This document shows, in pieces, positions 20,896 through 28,772 of a stretch of DNA of 41,841 bases (position 1 is its first letter; each line of letters opens with the position of its first letter). Where the stretch lies: NCBI GenBank assembly GCA_964014485.1, contig CAXHAT010000054.1:1-41841 (forward strand), read 5' to 3'. Made by a program: the position numbers and the translations under genes. The notes beneath the pieces were generated by a model, which was not told the DNA's origin, did no database searches, and saw only the letters and a program-made list of their open reading frames with translations. This DNA comes from an uncultured Deferribacteres bacterium (lineage in GTDB: Bacteria; Zhuqueibacterota; Zhuqueibacteria; Zhuqueibacterales; Geothermadaptataceae).

Positions 20896-21186
20896 ATGAA
20901 AAATACAGGCGAAAATCTTGACGATGAAAATCTTCTTTCCAATTTAGAAGATTTGCTGAGTCAGCTTAATATAGAAGTGCGTTATGAAAAGGGTGATTTC
21001 AGGGGCGGAATCTGCCGCGTTGGCGATGATAAGATTTGTTTGCTGAACAAGTCCTTGACCGCGCCGCAAAAGAATATTCTCATAGCGCAATCGCTCGTCG
21101 AAGAAGATCTCTCCGACGTTTTTATTGTACCGGCGATACGCAAATTCATTGAAAGTAGTGGTGAGCAGAGGCGAATGGAGGTTTGA
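20896..21186 (+). CDS. Small hypothetical protein
   Basis: 96 aa, IEVRYEKGDFRGGICRV...LLNKSL; its stop overlaps the next start. Confidence 0.75.
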   Translation: MKNTGENLDDENLLSNLEDLLSQLNIEVRYEKGDFRGGICRVGDDKICLLNKSLTAPQKNILIAQSLVEEDLSDVFIVPAIRKFIESSGEQRRMEV

Positions 21187-21647
21187 TGCAGATTTCGGAA
21201 GTATTGAGTTTTTTCAGTGAAGACCGGTTTGTGACGGAGTTGAAGTCGCGAAAGAAAGAGAGTATCATGGACGAGCTTGCCGAGACGTTTGTTGAAAGCG
21301 GGGTGGTTCGTCAAAAATCCATGTTGATGGAAATGATTCACCGACGAGAGTCCGTTGGAAGTACGGGAATTGGCCGCGGAATCGCCATCCCGCACGGCCG
21401 CAGCACTGCGACGAGCGACATTATTGTGGCTTTCGGCAAAACAAAGAGAAACATAGACTGGAGTGCAATTGACGGCGAGCCCGTCCACCTCGTTTTTATG
21501 ATTGTTGCACCCCCAACGGAAGAAAAGAGTCGCTACTTGCCGATGCTGGGGCGTCTGGTTGAGTTTTTGAATGTTGATGAAAACCGGCAGAAGCTTCTCG
21601 AAGTCGACAGTTTCGAGTCATTCAAAAATGTTTTGACAGGAGAGTAA
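21186..21647 (+). CDS. PTS sugar/nitrogen-regulatory EIIA component (PtsN-like)
   Basis: RESVGSTGIGRGIAIPHGR (phospho-His motif) and IDWSAIDGEPVHLVF. Confidence 0.9.
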   Translation: MQISEVLSFFSEDRFVTELKSRKKESIMDELAETFVESGVVRQKSMLMEMIHRRESVGSTGIGRGIAIPHGRSTATSDIIVAFGKTKRNIDWSAIDGEPVHLVFMIVAPPTEEKSRYLPMLGRLVEFLNVDENRQKLLEVDSFESFKNVLTGE

Positions 21648-21650
21648 GTT

Positions 21651-21995
21651 ATGGCTGTGAAACATCAAATAGAATTGCTCGCCTCTTTGCAAGACCTTGA
21701 TCTCATGATCGAAGAATTAGGCGAAGTGCAGAAACTGGGGTTTGAAGTGCATGAAGAAGGCAGAGAGAAATTGGAAAAGGCGCGCGCCGAGCTGGTTGAA
21801 AAGCTCAACAAGCCGTTCGTGGGGCGCTATGAACGCTTGCGCGGCAAGTATAAGCGGGCGATTGTTCCCATCCGCGGCGACACGTGTCTGGGATGTTTTA
21901 TGAAACTGCCGACATACTTGATTACCCATGCGCAGCGCAGTGAGCAAGTCATCAATTGTGAAGGCTGCGGTCGCATAATTTATTGGTTAGAGTAA
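21651..21995 (+). CDS. C4-type zinc-ribbon protein (short DUF164-like)
   Basis: L..LQ.LD, YERLR, CLGCFMKLP...CEGCGRII. Confidence 0.85.
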   Translation: MAVKHQIELLASLQDLDLMIEELGEVQKLGFEVHEEGREKLEKARAELVEKLNKPFVGRYERLRGKYKRAIVPIRGDTCLGCFMKLPTYLITHAQRSEQVINCEGCGRIIYWLE

Positions 21996-23111
21996 CGATT
22001 TTTCATAAACTCGGTAGCGTTTGTAGACATGGGCGCCCATGATGCGCGCCGCCGAGTTCATTGCCTTGTTTGATTCCAGAATCCACGAAAATTCCCCGCC
22101 AGTTAGCCCATGTTTGACCCCCCGATCATAAGTTTCCTGATAAAGCAGTGATCCCAGTCCGCGCGTATGCTGGTGTTTTTTTATCACTCCAAGAATGATA
22201 ACGCGAATCTGGTCTATTTTCCTGGCATGGTACAACAATTTTGGAAGCCCGAACGGGAAAAGCCTGCCGTTGATTTTGATAAGCGCCTGATTGAAATCCG
22301 GCAATGAAAGTCCGAAGCCGATTGGTTCCCCGTCTAGTTCCGCAATGAGCGCATAGCGAGGATCGACCACGGGTTTTAACTCTTTTGCCAGATGGTGAAA
22401 CTCCGCATCCGTCATCGGCACGAAACCCCAGTTTTTGCTCCAGGCGTCGTTATAAATCCGGTGGACGAACTTCACCTCTTGCCAAAAATTCTTCATATTT
22501 ATTTGGCGAACAGTGATTCCCTCTTTTTGGCGAACGAGGTCGGCGAGTTTTGAAATGCGATCGCCCATTCGTTGCGCTGTGAGCATTTTGTAGGCGAGTA
22601 AATCTTCGGCTTTTTCATAATCAAGGCTCTGCAACAAGCCATTGTAATAACTTGGATTGTACGTCATCATGATCATCGGCGGCAGATCAAAGCCTTCCAA
22701 AAGCATGCCGCACGTGTCGTTCGTCGTGAAGTTCATCGGGCCGCGCAAACGTTCCTGGCCTTTACTTTTGACCCATTCTTCAGCCTTGCTAAAAAGCGCT
22801 TTGGCGACCTCAAGATCATCGATGCTTTCGAAAAAACCAAAAAAGCCGGTCTTCTCGCCGTGAAATTCATTGTGGTTATTGTTCAAGATTGCCGCAATGC
22901 GCCCTGCCGGTTGGCCATTTTTGTAAGCGAGAAAATAGTCAGCGGAGCTGTGTTGGAAAAATGGGTTCTTCTGTCGATTTAGTAGGTTTTTTATGTCCAT
23001 AATCAGAGGCGGAACCCAGTTGGAGTCGTTTCGATAGATTTTCCAAGGCAAGCGGATGAACGTTTTCAACTGACTCTGAGATTCGACTTTGACGATTTGA
23101 ATATCACTCAC
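21987..23111 (-). CDS. GNAT-fold N-acyltransferase of the YghO / bacterial ceramide synthase (bCerS) type
   Basis: FIRLPWKIY...WVPPL, NPFF, GRIAA, GFFGFFE, GPMNF, YNPSYY, AW.KNWGFVP and SWILESN; immediately downstream of spt. Confidence 0.75.
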   Translation of the reverse strand: MSDIQIVKVESQSQLKTFIRLPWKIYRNDSNWVPPLIMDIKNLLNRQKNPFFQHSSADYFLAYKNGQPAGRIAAILNNNHNEFHGEKTGFFGFFESIDDLEVAKALFSKAEEWVKSKGQERLRGPMNFTTNDTCGMLLEGFDLPPMIMMTYNPSYYNGLLQSLDYEKAEDLLAYKMLTAQRMGDRISKLADLVRQKEGITVRQINMKNFWQEVKFVHRIYNDAWSKNWGFVPMTDAEFHHLAKELKPVVDPRYALIAELDGEPIGFGLSLPDFNQALIKINGRLFPFGLPKLLYHARKIDQIRVIILGVIKKHQHTRGLGSLLYQETYDRGVKHGLTGGEFSWILESNKAMNSAARIMGAHVYKRYRVYEKSLL

Positions 23112-23138
23112 TGAAATTCAAGGCCTCCTTGAATAAGA

Positions 23139-23163
23139 AAGGCCGCACATAAGGTGCAGCCTT
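23139..23163 (-). terminator. Terminator/attenuator-like hairpin between spt and the acyltransferase
   Basis: The minus strand reads aaggctgcac-cttat-gtgcggcctt followed by tcttatt. Confidence 0.5.
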
Positions 23164-23212
23164 ACACTAAAACGAATTTGTTAAATCACTAATTCTGCAA
23201 CAAGGAACAGGT

Positions 23213-24397
23213 CTATATGAGCTGGAATTTTTTGCCAAGCTTGTGGAAAATATCCAGAACCCGATCTAGTATTTCATCGGTGTGCGTCGCCATATAGCTT
23301 GTCCGAATAATGCCTTGGCCGGGCGGAACGGCGGGGGCGATTGACGGGTTGGAAAAAACGCCGTTTTCGAACAATGATTTCCAGAAATTAAAAGTCGCCA
23401 TATCATCGCCGATATGGATGGGGATGATGGGCGTTTCCGAGTGGCCGGTGTTGAAGCCCATTTCGTCAAACGCTTTCTTCATTTTTCGGACGTTTTGCCA
23501 GAGTTTTTCCAGGGGTTCAGGATCGTTCTCGATGATGTCAAGCGCTGCAATGACAGTGGCGACGGCGGCGGGCGGCATGCTCGCTGAAAAGATAAAGGGG
23601 CGTGAATGATGTTTGATATAATCAACAACATAGTGCTTGCCGGCGATAAATCCGCCGAGCGATGCAAAGCTTTTTGAGAATGTGCCCATCACCAAGTCAA
23701 CATCTTCCATGCTCATGCCAAAATGCTCCGCGGTGCCGCGACCGAGTTTGCCAAGCACGCCGACGGAATGGGCGTCGTCAACCATGACGCGTGCGTCGTA
23801 CTCTTGCGCAAGTGCGTGGATGGCGGGCAAGTCGACAATATCGCCTTCCATGCTAAAAACGCCGTCCGTGACAATCAATTTTCCTGAATCGTCGGCGTTT
23901 CTTTCAAGCAAGCCTTTGAGATGCTCAATGTCATTGTGCTTATATTTCAGAAAACGGCCATAACTCAAACGGCAGCCGTCTACGATGCTTGCATGGTTTC
24001 CGCGATCTGCAAAAATAACGTCGTTCTTGCCAATAACCGTCGAAATCGTGCCCAGGTTTGTTTGAAAACCGGTTGAAAAAACGAGCGCGGATTCAGCTTG
24101 GACAAAATTTGCAAGGCGCGTTTCCAGTTCCGTATGAATATCCAATGTGCCGTTCAGAAATCGGGAGCCCGTGCACCCGGAACCGTATTTTGAGACGGCT
24201 GCACGCGCGGCTTCGAGCACTTTTGGATGCTGCGTTAATCCCAAATAGTTGTTGGAGCCAATCATGATCATCTTTCGCCCGTCGACCATGACTTCCGGGC
24301 CGGCTCCGCTCTCGACCTCTTTAAAATACGGGTACCAGCCTTCTTCGCGAGCCTGGTTGGCGCGAGTGAATGCACGACATTTTTCAAACAGATCCAA
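23213..24397 (-). CDS. spt: Serine palmitoyltransferase (alpha-oxoamine synthase family)
   Basis: YPYF, GSNNYLGL, GCTGSRFLNGT (SPT-type, unlike KBL SVRFICG or BioF GSRLV), HASIVDG, DGVFSMEGD, DDAH, GTFSKS (PLP Lys) and FIFSAS; RBS ggagg before the TTG start. Confidence 0.8.
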   Translation of the reverse strand: MDLFEKCRAFTRANQAREEGWYPYFKEVESGAGPEVMVDGRKMIMIGSNNYLGLTQHPKVLEAARAAVSKYGSGCTGSRFLNGTLDIHTELETRLANFVQAESALVFSTGFQTNLGTISTVIGKNDVIFADRGNHASIVDGCRLSYGRFLKYKHNDIEHLKGLLERNADDSGKLIVTDGVFSMEGDIVDLPAIHALAQEYDARVMVDDAHSVGVLGKLGRGTAEHFGMSMEDVDLVMGTFSKSFASLGGFIAGKHYVVDYIKHHSRPFIFSASMPPAAVATVIAALDIIENDPEPLEKLWQNVRKMKKAFDEMGFNTGHSETPIIPIHIGDDMATFNFWKSLFENGVFSNPSIAPAVPPGQGIIRTSYMATHTDEILDRVLDIFHKLGKKFQLI

Positions 24398-24706
24398 TTC
24401 TCTTTCCTCCGTTATCGCCTCAGGTCAGAAATAAACATCGCACTCTATTAAGCGCTCTTATTCATAAATAGGAGTTCACTTCTAAAGAAAAAGCAAAAAT
24501 ATCACATCTGAAATACGAGGGCAACTTAAAGATGACTGATGAACCATGTATTCGTTTATGCATTGCCGGATGAGTTGGTTTTTGGATAAGTTAGTCTGTT
24601 TGTCGTTTGAGCTTTGCTATGATCAATGTATAATTTTAGCTGTTTTACTGCTTTTGAAGGCGCATAGTTTTGGATGCTGTATTTATAAAACGAAGGACGT
24701 TTTGCA

Positions 24707-25471
24707 GTGGGATTTGAACTGACAATTCTCGGATCGGGAACATGTTCGCTGACGCTGAACCGCTCGATGGCGAGCTATCATCTTTTTCTGGACGGCGAGG
24801 CGGCTTTGGTCGATATCGGCGCAGGTTCTCTTCGTCGGATGCTGGAGAGCGGATTGGATTATAAAAGCATAGAGACGATTTTCATCTCTCACTTTCATAT
24901 TGATCATATTGCTGATTTTGTCCCCTTTCTCTGGGCGACCAAGTATGCGCCTGGAAAAGCCAGAAAAAGCGGTTTGCGAGTTATCGGGCCGCCGGGACTG
25001 AAGGCGTGGCATGAAAAGCTGGCTGCAGTTCATGGCGAGTGGCTCTTGGAAATGCCGTTTGAAATGACTTTTGAAGAAGTGGAAGATCAACGCTTTCGAT
25101 TTCAAAATATCGAAGTCGAAACGCTGCCGATGTATCACAGCATTCCGGTCAACGGATATCGCTTTGAAACCGAATCAGGCGTTTTTGTGTTTACCGGTGA
25201 CACAGGTTACGGCGAGAACGTCATTGAACTAAGTCGTGACGCAGACCTTTTGCTTATTGAATGCGCTTTCCCTGATCAAGCGCCCGCGATGGACACGCAT
25301 TTGCGCCCTTCTCAAGTTGGCAAAATTGCCTCTGCTTGCCATGCAAAAAGAGTCGTTTTAACGCATCTTTATCCGGAATGTGAAGAGATCGATGTTGTTG
25401 TCCAATGCAAACAGGAATTTTCCGGCGTCGTTGAAATTGCTGAAGATCGGAAGAAATATTATTTGAAATAA
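24707..25471 (+). CDS. MBL-fold metallo-hydrolase (RNase Z/BN-like)
   Basis: LTILGSG, DIGAG, SHFHIDH, FTGDT, LLIEC, HL.P and LTHLYP. Confidence 0.9.
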   Translation: MGFELTILGSGTCSLTLNRSMASYHLFLDGEAALVDIGAGSLRRMLESGLDYKSIETIFISHFHIDHIADFVPFLWATKYAPGKARKSGLRVIGPPGLKAWHEKLAAVHGEWLLEMPFEMTFEEVEDQRFRFQNIEVETLPMYHSIPVNGYRFETESGVFVFTGDTGYGENVIELSRDADLLLIECAFPDQAPAMDTHLRPSQVGKIASACHAKRVVLTHLYPECEEIDVVVQCKQEFSGVVEIAEDRKKYYLK

Positions 25472-25479
25472 GGAAGCTG

Positions 25480-26124
25480 ATGGATTCTATTCGAACAGTC
25501 TGGGAATTTTTGGTAAGCGGCGGCATAATGATGATTCCCTTGGCGATTTGCTCGCTTATTGGTATGGCGGTCGTCCTCGAAAAACTATATTCTTTACGCG
25601 CAAAAAAAATCATTATCCCCGAGATCGCAAGTACTATTGTCAAAATTAAAAATAAAGAAGACGTCTCGACGGCGATTACAGTCTGTGAACTGCATCCCGG
25701 CCCGTTTGCCGGCATCATGCTCGAAGTCCTGAACTTTCGCCAGTTGCCCAAAAATGAGATAAAAGAGCGGGTGGAAGAAACCGGACGCCACCAGGTAAGA
25801 CGGCTCGAAAAAGGTTTGGTCGCGCTCGAAACCGTTGCGGGAGTGGCGCCGTTGCTAGGGTTGTTGGGCACGGTGATCGGCATCTTGAGAGTTTTTAACG
25901 TCATTTCAGAAATCGGCGTTGGGCAGGCGACGGCGCTTTCCGGAGGTATCAGCGAAGCTTTGATTACTACGATCATCGGACTTTCAATCGGCATTCCTGC
26001 GGTTGTGTTTTACAATTACTTTATCGACAAGGCCGAGAATTTGGTTCTGGATATTGAGAAATTCAGCTCTGACTTGATCGAAAAACTCAAAAATATGACT
26101 GCAGCAGATCGGGAGGCGGCGTAG
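25480..26124 (+). CDS. exbB: MotA/TolQ/ExbB proton channel protein
   Basis: GG.MM.PL..CS, APLLGLLGTVIG and LSGGISEALITT..GL.IGIPA. Confidence 0.9.
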   Translation: MDSIRTVWEFLVSGGIMMIPLAICSLIGMAVVLEKLYSLRAKKIIIPEIASTIVKIKNKEDVSTAITVCELHPGPFAGIMLEVLNFRQLPKNEIKERVEETGRHQVRRLEKGLVALETVAGVAPLLGLLGTVIGILRVFNVISEIGVGQATALSGGISEALITTIIGLSIGIPAVVFYNYFIDKAENLVLDIEKFSSDLIEKLKNMTAADREAA

Positions 26125-26553
26125 TTGCAGATAAAGCCGAAAGTAAAAAGAAAACCGTTGGTCAATATTACTTCACTTATTGACGTACTTTTCTTGCTGC
26201 TCATTTTTTTTATGGTCTCATCGACTTTTCTCGAAGAGCCTGGCATGAAGTTGACGTTGCCCGAGGCCGAAAGCGCAGAAATCGGTGAAAAGAAGCAATA
26301 CACGTTGTACATCACCAAGGAAGGTGAGTTTTTTCTCAATAACGCGCCGATCAATTCGGATAGTCTGAAATCAGCCATTGAAGCCGTCGCGGATGAAATG
26401 GAAGATGAGACCTTGACCTTGAAAGCCGATAAAGAGACGGCGCACGGGCAAGTCGTTTTGGCGATGGACGTCGCGCGGGGCGCAGGCGTTAAAAAACTCA
26501 TTGTAGCGACCAACTCCCGAACAGATAGCGCCCAAAAGCTGGATGACAATTGA
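26125..26553 (+). CDS. exbD: Biopolymer transporter ExbD/TolR
   Basis: NITSLIDVLFLLLIFFMV (conserved transmembrane Asp), LP.A and LKAD. Confidence 0.9.
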   Translation: MQIKPKVKRKPLVNITSLIDVLFLLLIFFMVSSTFLEEPGMKLTLPEAESAEIGEKKQYTLYITKEGEFFLNNAPINSDSLKSAIEAVADEMEDETLTLKADKETAHGQVVLAMDVARGAGVKKLIVATNSRTDSAQKLDDN

Positions 26554-26740
26554 CCATCGCATTTGATCGATTTCAGAGCTATTGCTTAAATTGGAAAATT
26601 CGCTCTACTTCAAATCAGAACCCGCCGCTAATTTCTCACGTACTAACATAGTTTTCTAACCTTCTGTTATAATTAATTTTAGGGACGTTCGCTAAAAAGC
26701 TTTTCAACAATACGAAAACGGCGCGTGATCGAGATGGTTT

Positions 26741-26757
26741 TTGGCATATTGCTTGCT
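26741..26757 (+). promoter_or_regulatory. Sigma54-type promoter upstream of the response regulator
   Basis: TTGGCAT-ATTGC-TTGCT, a near-perfect -24/-12 consensus. Confidence 0.6.
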
Positions 26758-26987
26758 TGTAGAGCATGAATAATGACGGGAATGATTCGAAAGCGACGAT
26801 GGCGCTTTCTTGGCTTCGCGCCGAAAACGACTAGAAAATACATCGTATTTGGCCAGGACAGGACGTATTAACAGCTTAGGATATGCAGCGTTTTTTGGTG
26901 CGGAGCCGTTTCTTCCCATCGCCCTTTAAATCAAGGATGATTTTTGCCATTTGTTCAAAGGAATAACATCAACATCTGGAGGAGAAG

Positions 26988-27671
26988 ATGGATAAAGGGA
27001 CAGTGCTCTACTTCGGTAAAAGCAACGACGAAATTTCCTCTTTGGCGACGGCTTTGCAAAGAGACGGTTTCGGGTTGAAATTTTCTGCTGAGATAGACAT
27101 TGCGCAGGAGATCGCAACGCGTGAAAAACCGACTGCGATTATCGTAAACACGAAGCATTTCGGGGAGGAAGGGTGGCAAGTTTGTTTGGAACTCAAAGAT
27201 GATTTGGTAGCAAGAAAATCCGCATTGATTCTTTTGTCAAACTGCGATGATGAAAACGTCAGAATCAGAGGCCTCGAAAGCGGCGCTGATGATGTTTTCT
27301 GTCTGCCGATAAGGCCGCGCGAATTGGCTGCAAAGATCAAGGCGATTGTTCGACGTATCACATTGGCGGATAACAAAAAAATCCGTGTGAAAGATATTGA
27401 AATTGACTTGGATGAGCATCGAGTACGAAAGGCCGGCAAACCGATCGACTTGACTTACATCCAGTTCAAGTTGCTTTATCTACTGGCCTCACGTCGCAAC
27501 AACGTCTTCAGCAGAAAAGAGATTCTGGAGAGAGTCTGGGGCAAAAAGGTTTTCGTTACAAATCGTACCGTGGACGTACACATCAAACGCCTTCGCGAGA
27601 AGCTTGGCGAGTATAAATACCCGTCTCAATATATTGAGACGATACACGGAACCGGTTATAGATTTTTATAG
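26988..27671 (+). CDS. OmpR/PhoB-family winged-helix transcription factor with an atypical receiver domain
   Basis: GLESGADD, RELAAKIKAIVRR, LT..QF.LL..LA, SR.EIL..VWG, RTVDVHIKRLREKL and IETIHGTGYRF; RBS ggagga. Confidence 0.92.
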   Translation: MDKGTVLYFGKSNDEISSLATALQRDGFGLKFSAEIDIAQEIATREKPTAIIVNTKHFGEEGWQVCLELKDDLVARKSALILLSNCDDENVRIRGLESGADDVFCLPIRPRELAAKIKAIVRRITLADNKKIRVKDIEIDLDEHRVRKAGKPIDLTYIQFKLLYLLASRRNNVFSRKEILERVWGKKVFVTNRTVDVHIKRLREKLGEYKYPSQYIETIHGTGYRFL

Positions 27672-27693
27672 ATCTCATTTTTCCTCCCTCCGG

Positions 27694-27721
27694 GCCCCTG
27701 GCGTAAGCTGGGGGCTTTTTT
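27694..27721 (+). terminator. Intrinsic terminator
   Basis: gcccctggc-gtaa-gctgggggc followed by T6. Confidence 0.8.
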
Positions 27722-27914
27722 GTTTGTAGCGCTCTCTTTGGCCCCGCATTCTCCCCAAAACTATTTTTTAACCCTGAGAAAATTAAAACGTAGCAAGACA
27801 ACGATCTAATTTTAGAGCGAGGCAGTCTTGTGATTCAACCGTACGCAAAGCGTTGCGAGAGTGATTGAAAACTTTAAATCATTCAATCAAAGCAAGAACA
27901 AAAAACGATTGAAA

Positions 27915-28547
27915 ATGAAACGATTTGCTTCAAAAATGATCTGGGGCGTAATGGCGTTTTTTGCCGTTGGCGTCGCTCTTTATGCCGCGCAATATCTGTC
28001 GTTTGAGAAAACCGGCATTCTTTTCGATAAGGGCGAATTGATTAACCGCTTCGATTGGAAGTTCGCGTTTTACTGCCACATTGCAGGGGGTCTTGTTGCG
28101 CTGGCGACAGGAGCGTTTCAATTCGCCAACAATGATCGCAGCAAGAGTATGACTTGGCACCAGCGAATGGGTAAAGTCTATGTTTTTTCTATTCTTGGCC
28201 CGGGCGGTCTCAGCGGACTATTTTTAGCCTTCTATGCTACAGGCAATTGGGTTTCAAAAACCGGTTTTGCTTTATTGGCGATCTCATGGCTAATATCCAC
28301 AGGCCAGGCTTGGCGGAAAATCCGCATTTACGATATTCAAGCGCACAACGACTGGATGATTCGCAGCTACGCACTGACATTCGCCGCCGTCACGCTCCGG
28401 CTTTGGTTGGGAATTTTCCAGGGCGTGATGGAGTGGGCCTTTCTGCCTTCTTACATCGTTATTTCTTGGCTATGTTGGGTTCCCAATCTCGTTTTTGCGG
28501 AATGGTTCATTCGAAGGCCGGGCAGGCAATTGGAGGCAGTCGCCTGA
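27915..28547 (+). CDS. DUF2306-family membrane protein
   Basis: FYCHIAGG.VAL..G.FQF, H...GKVYV, H..WMIRSYALTFAAVTLR and WLCWVPNL..AEW; start uncertain (27861 or 27915). Confidence 0.85.
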   Translation: MKRFASKMIWGVMAFFAVGVALYAAQYLSFEKTGILFDKGELINRFDWKFAFYCHIAGGLVALATGAFQFANNDRSKSMTWHQRMGKVYVFSILGPGGLSGLFLAFYATGNWVSKTGFALLAISWLISTGQAWRKIRIYDIQAHNDWMIRSYALTFAAVTLRLWLGIFQGVMEWAFLPSYIVISWLCWVPNLVFAEWFIRRPGRQLEAVA

Positions 28548-28772
28548 TTGCGCTTGCCTTGTCATTGCCCCCGCCTTATCTTCAATCCGTGAAATTCGAT
28601 TGAACGTGTGACTTCAATTTTATTCTCCCCGAATGGATTCCAATAATCCAGGCCTTATCACTCCAAAATTCCAATTTAACCGCTTGCCACGATTTCGGAA
28701 CCGCGAAGTCACGCTCAACAAACCGATTTCTTTACATGCTCACTTTTCACAAAACCAAGGAGGAGATGTTTT

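Noticed and set aside
23213..24397. BioF or Kbl assignment
   Set aside because: The GSRFLNGT and YPYF motifs and the adjacent bCerS-like gene favour SPT, and there are no bio or tdh genes nearby.
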